Shown here piece by piece: positions 31,143 through 44,622 of a stretch of 64,000 nucleotides of DNA; within the stretch, counting starts at the first letter, position 1; each line of letters starts with the position of its first letter. This stretch comes from Pavona decussata. Lineage: Eukaryota. The position numbers and the translations under genes are program-made. The DNA lies in contig CDRNST010000306.1 of NCBI GenBank assembly GCA_977016875.1, forward strand, positions 62,001-126,000. Reading direction: 5' to 3'. A model generated the notes under the pieces. It had not been told where the DNA came from. It did not search any database and was given only the letters and a program-made list of their open reading frames with translations.

Positions 31143-34100
31143 TATGGCAAGTTTTATGCGGCTGAGTGCACCTCTATAACATTTCTAGTCGTTGTTGCAC
31201 TGGAGAGAATGCATGCTGTGTTTTGGCAACTCCCTCATCGCTTAATCGAACACACATGTACCTTTATTCCATCTGCGTTACCTGGCTTCTTTGTGGAATG
31301 TTATCGACTTCAGTTTCATGTTATTATACTGACTGAAGTCCTCAACATCATAGTATCACTCAGCTTTTATATAATTTCGTATTTTTTTTAATAATTCCGT
31401 ATATAATTCCTCCGTTCTCCCAGTGTTGACATGGTTTCCGATGAGCGATACGTTACTGGCTCTAAAAATTTCTTGTTATATTGAACACGACAGCCCGTGT
31501 ACTTTATGCAGCGAGGACCTTCCAATATGGTTATTCGTTTCTACAGTTTAGGAATGCCTGAGTTTAATGACAGGCTATTTCATTTGATCTGTAAACGTAA
31601 GTCTTATAAGTTCAATAAACCCCCTCCACAGAGACTCTGTTTCCACAATCCGGTTGCTCGTAAAAACGATGGCTTTAGTTAGCAAGTGATTTTAATTAGA
31701 AATTTTACTGGGCCATAATACGATAAATAATTAGCGCATGTTAATTACTGAACATTGCAAACTGTAATTTTAAGCTGAAGTTAACCGACGAGCTAAAAGT
31801 GTGCAATTTACTTTTTATTTCTGATTAGTCTGTCATGTATTGGGAAAACCACAGTAAAACGCACATAGAGCAAAGTAATGTAGACCCCATCGCGAGATGT
31901 AATAAAAAATACCCGTTGTATTCAATAATTCAATATCTTTTTGGAATATACACTCTATTTGCTGGAAAGCAAAACTGGTTTGGTTGTAATTAATTGAAGT
32001 TAAAATATCTTAGCCGATAAAAAACCCAAGGGGGGAGGGGTGAGAATCTAGTTGTACATCCGAGGTTGGCAGGGCCTAGTTTTATTGTTCCTGCAGCCTT
32101 AAAAATTCATAGGGTGCTACAAGGCCTTAATTAAATATGTGGTTGAGAAGCGTCGTTGTTATTATAATTACTGTCATTAAATTTTTACTAGCCGCAGTTC
32201 TTGTACGAAAAGTAATCCAAGGTGTATCTTGCGAACACTACGGAGATAGCTGTTTGGCGAACCAAACCAAGCAAAGATAGAGATTTTAATTTTTTTCCTC
32301 CATACGCCCAGAACATAGGTTAACTATCCTAAAGTTGATGATTTCTGCAGTTAACAAAACAATGCAACCTTCGCAAGAATTAAACCTGTATAACCTTCAT
32401 TTGTTCTTTCATGATACACCCAATTAAATTTTGCCTTCTGTTGAAATAAATTGTAATTCTGGCAAAATGCAAAAGTCTGAAGTAAATAATTCAGAAACAT
32501 CACGGTTCTCCCCTGTAATTTTTTTAAAATTATTATTGCGAGTCCGTGTGACTTACTGGATTATTTATAAGGTCGACTTTAATTAAAGAAGCAAACAAAT
32601 AAACAAAGGGAAAAAGGTTTGCTTAAAGATAAGCCAGTATACAAGAAGCCCAAACATAAAAAATAATTTTTTCCACTTTTTTCTAATTCAAGGGAAAAGT
32701 ATAAGCTTTTTAATTTTTATGACCATTTAGCTGCTTTTTCTTCCTTTTTTAATTAAAAAACTCATTTTTTATCCTGAGATGATAAAATCAATCTTTGTTA
32801 TACGGAGAAGACGGTTGGTAAAGAAAAGGCGTCCTTCGTGGATAATACAAGTATATTATTACTAGGTTTGACTACGAAATCGCCCCTTATTGGTCAGTAA
32901 ATGACATTGTTTTTAAAATACACAATGGTCATTCGCACCATCTAATTTGCAGTACGCGGGGTGTAATGTGGAATTGAACTCGGAAGGAGAATATCATTGT
33001 CCATGGTGACAGTCGCGGTTTTCACACAATCGAGGGACCTGTCATTTCGGTGAAAAAGTGTGTGTTAAATCTGGAGCCGAGTTCATCAGCGACGCTTTCA
33101 CCTGCCAGCTACTGTTGGTTGCAGTTGTTCACCCCTGGTGCCATTTTTTTTGTGTGTGAAAATAACATACATTGGGCGACAGCAAATCATCCGCTGCCAC
33201 AAGGGGAGAAGTGTTTGCGTCTTTAAATTCGCTTTCAATGTAGCACTGATTGGGGAAAAGAGCTGACAAGTTTAAAGGTTGGTATATGCCTTATGATTAT
33301 ACCAAGGCTTATTCTTGTTGTTAAGAAATTGCCATTGATACCATCAATATTATTTATACAAAACTAATCTAAATGTTGTCATTTAAAAGTGATAATATTA
33401 AAACTCTATTTGAATGCAGCTTTTTGAATTTATGCATAAGTCCTTAAACACACACCGATATACCCTTGTCTTATTTTATCGAGGCAAGCTTTGAATCAGC
33501 TTTGAAAGACCAAATTTCCTGTTTTTAAAAGTCCCATTTGATTCATTTTTGCCTCATTAAATTTCGCTTTAATTTTCCAAGATGCCGTCTTTGCCACTCG
33601 TCCTCAGAATTATGATTTTGATCAACAAGTTAAAGCCAATATTGTCTCACCACCTCTCAATGTATCGTGGGAGATATGTACATGTCTATATTAATTCCTT
33701 CTCCATTTTTGCATTTTTCTGTCATTTATGTTTTCTATATTTGCTATGAATGGTTACTCGTAATTTCACTTGAGTCATTCATTGATATATTCAAAAACTG
33801 GCAGCAATGTGTTCCATTTTAATTACTTTGTTTCTGGGAAAATGATAAGACTTTTAGTTCCTAGTTTGCGTTTGTCCTTAAAATGATTCTTTTCCTTTTT
33901 TTCCAGCTAGAAGCATAAATTTCACAGACCCAACAATCCTAGAGATTAAATTCACGTTCCCTCTTTGACGAGAGTGGTTTCAATCTTGATATTTAAATTT
34001 TACGTTTTCATTTTCAAATGTCTTACTTTATTTAAAATACAAAAGTGTTCGCTATACGTAAAACAACAGAATGTAAAAGCCATGATTTAGTTTAGATAGC

Positions 34101-35294
34101 AATTCGTTGTAGTTTTCGTTGTTTCAGTTTGTTTTCGTTTATTATTCCAGTGCTTAGTCACTCTGAGTTGATATTTCAAAGATGCCGTTTGGACCGTTAA
34201 TGATGACCTTGGGGTTATATTGGTCTAGCATGCAAATGTTAATTGCTTTGTTTGGACTAAATCTTTCAAGGAACCAAAAAGCCTCATTAATGCGAGGGAC
34301 ACTTCAGAAAATATATGTATTCCTTTGTTTCTGGAACGTCAGAGTCAACTTGAAAATGAAAAGAGGGGAGATAAGCGGACACCTTTCATTAACAACGGAA
34401 GGCAAATAGCCTGTAGGAAGGAAGGCAAAAGGCCTTATTATGCAACTCCAAGGGTCCCTCATTGTTAATTAATTTAATTTAAAACAGGTAACTTCCATTT
34501 TGTCATTTTTGTTGCAAAAGAAACTGGCATCGTGTGATTAACGGCGTCGAAAGAGGCAGTTTTGGAAGCAAATATATGACAGAGAGAATAGGAATTGCAA
34601 TAGGAAGTCAAGAGAAAAAAAGAACAATTGTATTTTCATTTTGAAACGTTCCCTGTGAATGCGCGCCCTTTCCCCGCATCGTACTGTGGTTTCGAATTTC
34701 AATGGTTATTCTCATACTCACTAATTTAGTGACGTAAAGATTTTGCTGGAAGAAAATATCAATACTTATACACCTGATCGTAAAGAATGTTTTGGTGTGT
34801 CATTAAGCTTGAAGTAAATAAAAATCAGATGTTTAAGAAAACAAAAGACCAAGAAGCTTCCGATCCAGGTCATTTAAGCCTTTTGATTGCAGATGTTCTC
34901 AATAAGACTCTGTTGAGCTATTTGTTCTTTTTGTTTCGACTAAATGTCCCCATAAGTACAACAAAATACGGTGAAAAAAAATTAATATTGCACCTAAATA
35001 ATTCAAGATGAGATATTTTAACTGATGGCTGAGAATCCTTCACCCCCATATAGACCCTCTTGTAGTTACTAAGATACCAAACACCTACGCTTGAATTTCC
35101 AAGTGTAATCGCATGATAAATTGCTTCCACTGCCTTTCATAGCTTTAAGTGTAGTGGATTTACTGAAATAATCAGGCAGTTGTCATATATGAAGTGTTTG
35201 GTTAGTTAAACTACTGCTCTCGCGTCTTACTTTCACAGAATAAGCTTCATCCTTGATTATTTATAAGGCTTTTTTTTTTTTTTTTTCAGAAAAG

Positions 35295-36320
35295 ATGAAC
35301 AACAACAGCATCATGAACGCGACGCGAGAACGTCAAAATACAACCAGTTTCTCAAAAATGGGTCTTTCTTCATTCCTTCTGTGGTGCACTGCATTTGGAG
35401 CTGTCGACATCGCCGTTGTTCTCACGAATGTCTTCGAATTACTCGTATTTTATTCAAACAAATTCCTGTTGAGGAAGCGACATAACCAGTTCTTGATCGT
35501 GTTAGCCGTCTCGGATATTATGGTTGGGGTCATTGTGATGCCGTTGTATATATATCAACTGATATCCTGGTGGGTCAACGCGCATGAAGTTCTGCAGAAC
35601 TCTGTATTAGAAGTCTTTAGAGCAATGGACATATTGTCTGGGTTTGCTTCCATCTTCACTCTGGTGATGATTGCAGCGGACCGTATCTACGCAATAGTGT
35701 TTCCACTTTACCACAAGGTCCCTCCAAGGGGAGTTTATCCTTCCATGATAGCCTCCGTGTGGATACTTTCAGGATTAGTGATGGTTTATTACTTCTTGTC
35801 TAAGCTTGAAATACTTCCCCAAGAGGCATTTATCTATCTTTTGCTGCTCAGTATCTCCCTGTCCCTTCTGGTTATTTGCATATCTTACTTGCTGGTTTGG
35901 GTTCGAGTGAAGTGTTTTACAATATCTCACGGATTAAAGGGAGCACCATTTAGGGAGAGACGCTTAGCGGAACTGTTATTCCTCATAACTGTTGTTTTTA
36001 TTTGCACTTGGCTGCCATTTCATGTTCTAAACTTCATCTTCCATTTTTGCAAATCGCCGAGCTGTCATCCTCCATCTGCGTCAGTTGTTTACTTCAGCAA
36101 ACTTTTACACTACAGTAACTCGTTTTTGAACCCTGTTGTTTATTGTTACAGAAACAGCGAGTTTCGAAGATGTTTAAAAAGACTCGTGAAGAATGTGACA
36201 TCACAGTCAAAACCAGCGCTACCGGAAAGGGGAGGAAGAGGGAGGATCAGGGAGCGAAAACTGCTACTGGAAAGACAAGATGCCTTTCGCCGCATTCTAG
36301 TCAAAGAAAGCAGAGTTTGA
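35295..36320 (+). CDS. Class A orphan GPCR, 341 aa (aminergic-like D3.32)
   Basis: N-terminal N-glycosylation sequons; LAVSD (TM2), IAADRIY..FPL (TM3), TWLPF (TM6), NSFLNPVVY (TM7), EFR helix 8; acceptor 5 nt before the ATG. Confidence 0.92.
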   Translation: MNNNSIMNATRERQNTTSFSKMGLSSFLLWCTAFGAVDIAVVLTNVFELLVFYSNKFLLRKRHNQFLIVLAVSDIMVGVIVMPLYIYQLISWWVNAHEVLQNSVLEVFRAMDILSGFASIFTLVMIAADRIYAIVFPLYHKVPPRGVYPSMIASVWILSGLVMVYYFLSKLEILPQEAFIYLLLLSISLSLLVICISYLLVWVRVKCFTISHGLKGAPFRERRLAELLFLITVVFICTWLPFHVLNFIFHFCKSPSCHPPSASVVYFSKLLHYSNSFLNPVVYCYRNSEFRRCLKRLVKNVTSQSKPALPERGGRGRIRERKLLLERQDAFRRILVKESRV

Positions 36321-36949
36321 TCCTATCTAAATGGATCAACAATGTTAATCTATAATTATCAACCTTTTCAACTAAACATGTACCTGATAAAAATAATGCA
36401 TAAAAAGAGGGTTGAATGACACAAAGTTGCATAATACGAAAAAGATTAAACGTTATTCATCAATAATGTATTTGTAACACTTGGTAATGAAAGGAGGGCG
36501 CAGTTTAATCTTATTTACAGAGCAGCTGGTGTTTCTGCCCGATATAGCGCGCGCTCTGATTGGCTACTTGAAGGGCAATATTCTCAGTGCCCACAGGCAA
36601 ATGCGTAATGATACATGTAAAACAAGGTCAGACAGTCCAATTGATTTTTCATATATAAACCTACATCAATCCTCCTCTGAAAAGAAGTTCCCTTGTATCT
36701 CTTGTATTTCTTGGCTTCGCAATTATCCTTTGGCCTTCAAGATTTACTCAGTGAATAGCTGCATGTACATCTCGCGCAAATTCAATTGAATTCAAGGTGA
36801 GTTGTGCGAGTTGACAGTATTTATTCAATCGGAGATGAATTTTTTTCCAAGCCAGCGAGTAAGTCAAAGACAGTCAAAGTTGCATGTTAACTATGCAAGC
36901 GAGGGAAGTTCACCTAGTCGACGTAAAGAGTGGCGTGTTTTCACTTAAA

Positions 36950-37231
36950 TTAAAATTAAAAAAATTAAATTTTAATACTTATATAGCGCCCTTTAACATC
37001 TAAATGATCAAAGGCGCTTTACAATCCAAGAAAGCTAATTACAAATCAAATCAAATCAAATCAAATCTTGGTTTTTGAGGAGAGGGGAAAACCGGAGTAC
37101 CCGGAGAAAAACCTCTCGGAGCAGAGTAGAGAACCAACAAACTCAGCCCACTTATGACGCCGAGTCCGGGAATCGAACCCGGGCCACATAGGTGGAAGGC
37201 GAGTGCTCAAACACTGCGCCAACCCTGCTCC
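36950..37231 (-). mobile_element. tRNA-derived SINE with Meta-like core and L2-like tail
   Basis: Minus strand: TGGCGCAGTG A-box, GGTTCGATTCC B-box, TTTTTCTCCGGGTACTCCGGTTTTCCCC core, tail GGCGCTATATAAG plus AT-rich repeats. Confidence 0.85.
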
Positions 37232-37391
37232 ACCATGCTGATTGTTTGTCGGTCGTTTAAGAGATTGATGGCAAGGCGAGAAGGTTATTTAATTCAAAGC
37301 TGTATTCCGTAGGCTTGTGACTCAGTATAAGGACATCAAAACTATGCAAATTTATATTAGGTACTATCATAAGTAATAACGGTCTCACCAA

Positions 37392-37458
37392 CGGACCCCG
37401 TAGCATCCGAACTAGCGATCGGAAGATCACAGGCTCGATTGCTGTTGGGAGAACTCGT
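37392..37458 (+). mobile_element. SINE fragment related to the 12836 and 14575 copies
   Basis: AGCATCCGAACTAG..ATCGGAAG.TC..AGG.TCGA...CTGTTGGGAGAACTCG. Confidence 0.55.
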
Positions 37459-37762
37459 TCTTAAATGTGTCAAGAAGATGTTCAACATTTTGTTGTATCG
37501 AACAATGGTCATTGGAGAGTTAGCACAGTTGTTTACTATTCCCTAAAGATTCAAAACGATGGTGTCACTGTTCTAAATTGAGCCCCAGGCCACTCGGTAT
37601 TTAAATCATAACAACATTTTAATAAGAAGAAAGGACGATATTTTATCGTGGTCTTGCTTTGCAATATAACTGAACCCACTCTCATCGATGAACCATCCTA
37701 TGGACTGTGGTTAAGTAAATTTGACTGAACCAAGTAACAAACACTGAACTAAAAAAAGGACA

Positions 37763-38371
37763 ATAGGTGGTTTTCACCTCACACATCGTCACGCAAGTGA
37801 AAAAATAAAATCCTCAACCATTCAATAGATAAAGTCAAGAAATTGATATGTTGTAGAAGAGTGATACATAAACAACGGGTGAAAGCCACAGGGCCGTGCG
37901 ATGTCTCCTAATTGAGTTATTCGAGAAAATGTGCCACGGAAAATTACAGAGTTTAGTATGGGACGCCATGTTGGTGCCCCGTCTGATGGGCACCAACAGG
38001 GCGGCCGTAAACCAGCAAAAACATCTGGAGTTTACCTTGGCTATTTCAAAGCCTTTCTTCTCTCTGCTGAACTTTCACACATTGACATTAACGCTTCTAT
38101 TACATGTTAGCTGATCAGACCTGAAAAAAACACGAGGCGAATCGATGTTTTCATGTACGTGACATGTTTAGAGCAGCAATCCTTCTGTCACGCACTGCGC
38201 AAAAATCTAAAATTCAAACTGCTCTATTTTCAAAACAAAGAATGCTATCCTGCTGAAAACAAGCAAGCCGGCGTAAATTTAGATTTTCTTATATGTCATG
38301 AAGATAAAAACCCAAAATTGTGTTTAGTTATGAATTTCAGTTTTTTATGACGTCATGTGAAAACCAATAAT
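37763..38371. mobile_element. MITE with TGGTTTTCAC / GTGAAAACCA termini
   Basis: Imperfect terminal inverted repeat with AT-rich flanks. Confidence 0.5.
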
Positions 38372-40830
38372 AAACGCAAGCCGCATATGTCACGATATGT
38401 TAAGTCATGTCACGTGGTCTTACAAACCATTAAGCTATTTCAACAATCGGCTTCTTTTTACTTTCTTTTATATAATGGAACCAACCTTTAGTAGAACCAT
38501 GGCTATAAGAAAAATTTAGTTTGACTAAAATTAATTTTTATTTCTCTCAAATATTATAAAGTCAAATTAAACTCCCAGTGCAGTAGAATTGTGTCTTTTC
38601 TCGTCGTTTCTACCCCCTACGTTTCGTAAACAAACAGTCCTTTCACAAAAGTTTTCTTTGCAATGTCTCTTCGAAGCTGTGGCGCGACAGCTTAAGGAGG
38701 CTCGTAAAGGTTTTTCATTGTTGTAGTATCTGATCATGTGGACAAACTATTGACAGCTTCGTAAATCAGTTGTTGGGCAAAACTTTAAAGCTAGTTCTGA
38801 CGTCATAGCTGTTACCATTGCAACAGGTCAGCTCTATAAAAAAGGACCTCTAAATATCAGTTTTTGCAAATTATCTCAAAACCTAAGTCGGTGACCTACC
38901 ATTTTTTTTGCTTTGTTGGAAAGCACCCTAAATTCTTTAACTCCTCTTGTAATATGTCAAAAAGTTATTCAGATAGATATTGTGTTATTTCAAAAAAGGC
39001 TTTTTTACCTACAGAAAATTCACCTGGCTAACTTTCTCCCAAACTTTTCTATTTGAAGTGACATACTGAATGTGGCATGCATGCAAAAATCAAGATAGGT
39101 CACAGCGAAAAAATTTCGAGATAAAAACAAATGTTTCCTGCAGCTTTTATTTCCGGTTCACCCGATTCTACCTTACATTTCCACTTCCGGTATCCTGCGC
39201 GTGCGACTTTTTAGATAGACATTTTAATTCATTCAGCTGACGCGTACACCCTAGTTATGACGTGGGTATGTTACTCGCGCGCACGAGGCTAAAAACCCTT
39301 TCGACTGGGTGGGAAATGGTTTAACCGTTGCTAGGAGAATTAAGCTACTGGCCAATCACAGGACCGAAAAAAGAATGTTTTCCAAATTCGCTTTGCAGCT
39401 GGAAAGAGAAACAAACTCCTTTCACCTCTTGCTAGCTGCGAAATGTGACAAAAAAGATGAGTCTCTCCACAACTGAGGAAGGAGTCGAAAATGGATTGAA
39501 CTGGATAATGAAGCCTAGATTATACAATTTTGAAATAACGCAACTATGACTCGACTCGACTTAGTTAATTGCTGTTGGCATAACTGTATTTTGAAATCAA
39601 TGACAGATGTTTTTGGCCAGATGAAACGGAAGAAGCAGAAAAGCAAAGCAAAAGGTTGTATTCATAGCATTTTATTCAGGACTTTTCCAAACATTGCTTG
39701 ATGTATTTCAGTTTGAGCGACAGGGGTATTTTGCAGAATGCCAAATGCCCAACGTCGCATTTTACGCCATCTACAACATGCAACAGTTTAGGATTAAGCA
39801 ACGAACGAAATTATTAAGATCTAAGGACTTCAATATACCATTTAGGATTAGGCAACGATTATACAGACGGTTAGCTTTTAGTTGTTGTTATGGCAGACAT
39901 TTGGCATTATAGGATTTTGGATTCGGGGTTCGGTGATCTGCAAAATACCCCTACCGCAGTTGGCCCCACCCCCCTGCTCCTACCCCGGCCTCTTCAGCTG
40001 GCTTCAACGTCGGATGAGTTTGTTCTCAGTCTATTTACCGGTTAAATGATTCGTACTTGTAACAAGCTTTAAGAGATATTTGTATGGCAACAATCGCTAT
40101 TCAAAAGAAAACAAATCGAACGCTTAAAACAGGTTTCAAGCGCTGAACTGGAGTAAACGTATTTTGAAAGGTGGTTTTTTCCGAACCTGGAAGGAAGTCG
40201 GTTTGACACTCCATGGCACAGGAACCTAAATACTCAACGAAATATTCCTGTGACAACAGCTCTCAACTATCCACATGTTTCCGAACTCATGACTATCTCC
40301 TTTCCAGTTTTCTCGAGGTAAAATCCATATATGGAGTTTGTCTATAGGAGTTTCTTACGAGCTTTGATCGATTGTCCCATTTTTTTTTTTGGCTACCCAG
40401 GAAGGATTAAGGATAACACTAAGCACTTAGCCGCTGCGCCTCGGCTTCGAAGAAAACGCTTGGTAACCAAGATATTGGAAATACTCGCACTTACGTGAAA
40501 CGACTGTTTGTTTACAAGATGTAGGGGGAGATAGACGAGATAAAAACACACTACTTAACTGTCAGTTGAATTTGACTGTTTATTTCCGACTTAATTTAGT
40601 AGAGCTGCATTTTTCTAATAGCTCATCCGATGGAACCCTGATGTAACGAACCCCTTCATGAAGAAATTCCCCGCCGAGAGTATAACGAACGATATTCTTC
40701 AGCCCGGTCAAGGTAGCAACGAACACAACGTAGAGACCCAACCGCAAATTTACCCATAATATAAATGAGTTATCTGATCACGCGGTTAAAGTTGAAAGCA
40801 AAACAGATCAATAAAAATGAAATACCTGAA

Positions 40831-41226
40831 AGGGACAATATCACGCTATTTTTAGTGACACATTGAAAATCGGAAAGACGCTATTCGGTTGATAGCAGCC
40901 AACTGCTATAATGACAAAATTCCATTAAAAGGCTATCATAATGCAAAGAAACTATCCACGGATATTTTGGCCGGCAGATGACCAAAATAGAGAGGGGTTC
41001 ACGTTTGAAAACGTCTGGCAGACGTTTTCAAATTTCGCTGTTGTAACGCACTAAAAATCGCCGGTTGTACTATATTTTGGTTCAACCTGTCGTCTTAGAA
41101 TCACTATTAATGTTTCTTTAAATTAGCGATTGAGAAATTGAGTAACACAGTGTTCAAAGTTTAAAGTTAGAGAATTTTGGCCAAATATCGTGATATCTCC
41201 CATCGATCTCCCATGATACTGCCCCT
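40831..41226. mobile_element. Kolobok-type MITE
   Basis: AGGGACAATATCA / TGATACTGCCCCT; flanks TGAA and TTAA. Confidence 0.6.
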
Positions 41227-41253
41227 TTAATTCTATTCAGATATTAATTAATT

Positions 41254-41286
<33 letters not shown>

Positions 41287-41471
41287 TTTCTTCATTCATT
41301 GATTTTATTTGTCATATAACAAAAACTACAAGAACTGTAAAGAAGTTAATTGTGATTTTACTGTTAATCATTACAACTTTTTAGTAATTGTCATCATTAT
41401 GTAAATACAAAAATGTAAATGTAAAATACAAAGTAAACAATAATGACGAGGAGACCTCCAGAACCTACCAG

Positions 41472-41589
41472 GCCCTGGTTGTTAAAAGAGCGGATAACTC
41501 TATCCAGTGGATAAATCGCTATCCAGCGGATAAAATGTAATCCAACTAATCTGTTGGATAAAGTTATTCGCTCTTTGAACAACTGGGAC
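41472..41589. mobile_element. Harbinger-type MITE with GGATAA/TATCC repeats
   Basis: GCCCTGGTTGTT.AAAGAGCG.ATAACT / AGTTATTCGCTCTTTGAACAACTGGGAC; TSD CAG. Confidence 0.75.
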
Positions 41590-43587
41590 CAGGCTTATAC
41601 GAAGGAGGTCTCGTCACATGATTACATGCGTGCAATGACAGGAGTTGGGAGATCCTTGCCGTCGTTGTTGTTGTTTTTCATAATCCATCATATGAGACTG
41701 TAAGTTTTTACAGCTCATTAGCTGCGACAAGAGGGATTAACGCCGCTTTATCCTGTCTGTCTCTTGTCACTTCTATCAACTTCTCAAAACAAATTAACGA
41801 CTAACGATGTAACGACTATTTTGGTCATTTTGCCACTAATTAGTTATAGCGGGGTTTCGTTTATAGCGACTTCCTGTTATAACGAGCACATTTTTCTAGT
41901 CGTTTGTTTATCACTTCGTGATATCGAAGTTCCTCTACATTTAATTTTTGGTTACGTTTAATCCCAATGGGGGTGAATTCCAGTAATGCTAAACTTACAA
42001 TGGCTGTGGTTCCACTGCAGAAAGTACGGTAAAGTGCGATTTAGCTCAACCTAGCTCTAGGCTAGCAAGGCAGCAGTGGATAACATATTGTTCGAAATCT
42101 TAGGAGGAAGCGTAACAAACGTCACTTAAACTGTGTTAAATATTGGCCAAAATGTTTGATCGTAAGCCAAACATTCATCCAACAGAAAATGTTGGCGCAG
42201 GGATAACACTCGAAATGTCAGCTCTCGAACCTCTTTATGGTGGCCAATTTTTTTTTATTGAGCTTTGCCATGAAATAAATATACAGAAGACACTCAGGCA
42301 GGGGAGCCACTACAGCAAGATCCAAATACAATGGTCCCCTTACATTACCTTATTAAATTCCCCTTAAATTACCTTATCAACTTAGCTGATAAAATCAAAT
42401 ATTCGTATTATCTAAAATGGGGATGGTAAACACTTTTAACATGGTTCATCCTACAAAATGTCGCGCAACTAAGTTACGAGTGGGTCCTTTGGTCTTGCAA
42501 TATTTGTAATCGTTTTCGTTTTTATACCGAATATAATTATAATAAAGCTGCTTATTTCTTTTCCAAAAATCACGGTCTGAATTTGCAGTCTAAGTGTGTG
42601 CACTGAAAAGGTGACAGCTTTCTATTAAAATTACAGCAACAACAAGCATATATATCACATATTTCGTAGTATTTTTTTCTGTGCTGACTCCTTAATTAAC
42701 CTTCAGATGTCTGACTAAAATCCTGGTAAGCGACTAAACACAAATAACCTGGCAGGGATAGGATACTTTTTTGGGAAACTGCTCTTAATTTCTCGCTTTC
42801 TTAATGGTGTTTGTTACTGTAATCGATTTTCAAATCCTGACACTAGTCACTCTGGGGATTGGAGGATGCAAGGGTGGCAGAAAACAACCACCGTGACTTT
42901 CAACTTTGCCACTTTTTTCTTAAAGATCAAAGCAAAAGTCACCAAAGTTAAACTATTTTTTGACCATTTGTTGTGACCATCCACTGTTCACGTGACTTGA
43001 TACTTCCATGGCAGACATAGTTGATGTGCATGTTTTTCGAAAATGTACCAAACTTTGGGATTTTTAAGAAATGTTCAATCTTATCGTGTTGAAGTGTACA
43101 TTTTATGCCATTTTTGCCTTATTGGTTTTGATTATTTGGGAACTTTTGGAAATTTTGAGGTATCAAGATGGCGAATTCATAGCTGTTCAGACATGACTCT
43201 CACGTCATATCACGCCATCATCCTATTTTGAATACCTTAAAGGAAGCAGGAAAACCTGTTGGAAAGCATAAGATGTCCTCAAGTTTCATTGTCATATTTA
43301 AGTGCTCTTAAACGTGAAAAGAGGTCAAAATCTGCCTACCCCTCCCCCCTCCTTTCCCAGGCTCACTTACTCAAAAATTAAATAAACGCCAACCGTAAAC
43401 AAGTCTAAATAACAAAAGAGAACCGTTATGTTACTAGAAGCAAACAACTCTAGCAGCGATCGTTTTCCTTCACAAAACGGCAATTGCGATTAGAGCATTA
43501 CAGTCTACGTCTTCGGAACTGAATACCAAATCAGAACTGTAACTTATTTACATATCTAGCATATATTCTGAGCTTGTATTGACTTAA

Positions 43588-43935
43588 GGACGGTGCCTAC
43601 TAATACCGAAGTATTTTTGTCCGGTTTATGACTATGCGGAAAAAGCAGATCTTAGCAAGGGCTATTGGAATCCAAAAAGAAAATTGGGGGTAACCACGCA
43701 TTTTTCAGAGATAATTAAACATTAATATCTCTAAAAAACGCCAAAATATAAAGCAATGTATGGGATTTTTTCCTAAATTGAAGCTTAGTTATCTCTGAAA
43801 AATGCATGGTTACCCCCAATTTTTTTTTGAGATACCAAAAGCATTTGGTAAGTTCGGCTTTCTCCGTATAGTTTTAAACCGCGCAAAAATATTCCTGTAT
43901 TAGTAGGCACCACCCGTAGGAAACTCGAGTATCTC

Positions 43936-43980
<45 letters not shown>
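43588..43980. mobile_element. Kolobok-type MITE (393 bp)
   Basis: Perfect 15-bp TIR GGACGGTGCCTACTA, TTAA TSD; internal inverted repeat GGGGGTAACCACGCATTTTTCAGAGATAA. Confidence 0.88.
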
Positions 43981-43985
<5 letters not shown>

Positions 43986-44622
43986 GAGGATGTTGGTCCA
44001 AAGGACCAATAGCATTACTTTCAGCATTACTTTCAGCATATATCACATCTTAAATTTGACCATTCCAAACGATTTTTTTCTTTTACAATATAAAGATACA
44101 TTGCCTTGGTACACTTTGAGAGACTAATGTCCAGGCGTGCATTGCTTTAGAATTATGACAGAAAAGAAAAACCGATTCGATTTTTCTTGCTAACAACTGG
44201 AATTATTCATCAATACTTGTACAATACGTTGTCAATGCCAAAATGTTTTAGGCTAGAAATCAAGTTTATGATAAAGAAGCTGATCGTTTCTGTAGCATTA
44301 GATGGGCGTAGAGTTAAAAAAAGGGTTTCTTGGATGATTGGTCAAATGGAAACTAAAGCAAATTGTAAACCAGATAGTTGTAAAAGCTGGTTATGGAAGA
44401 ATGCTTAATAACATCAAAAGGTAATGTATAGACAGTATAAGGAATGATAGCATACCGTGCATGGAACATGCAGAGTCATTTTCCTTTCTCTTCTTTTTAT
44501 AATTATTTGTTGGTTTCTTCTGTCATTCAGCGTACTTCTCGTTTATATTGTTGCTTTTTATGATTGCTTTTGATTCTGACGTTCTTTTTGCATACTCCGA
44601 AAATCTGTTGTAGTTAGTCTCT

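Larger units (their letters stand above)
30212..31682 (+). pseudogene. Class A GPCR pseudogene, paralogous to its neighbours
   Basis: MNSSNDSS..IWSASFLMESIVVIFENFITV (TM1), then stop/frameshifts; after the insertion TSITFLVVVALERMHAVFWQLPHR (TM3), LTWFP (TM6), YSLGMPEF (helix 8). Confidence 0.8.
40630..41940. mobile_element. Decayed Tc1/mariner-like MITE (ATAACGA subterminal repeats) hosting later insertions
   Basis: TGGAACCCTGATGTAACGAA at the left, TTCGTGATATCGAAGTTCC at the right; boundaries approximate. Confidence 0.35.

Noticed and set aside
32870-33285. CpG-richer segment with CCAAT-like box and AAG|GTTGGT donor as promoter or first exon of the 35295 GPCR
   Set aside because: Plausible but not distinguishable from background without transcript data
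37100-37231. tRNA-like A/B boxes (also at 12900, 14640 and 56750)
   Set aside because: No complete cloverleaf; embedded in SINE bodies, so not tRNA genes
38696-39500. TTAA|GGAGGCTCG possible Kolobok left end
   Set aside because: No convincing matching right TIR found, so boundaries cannot be supported
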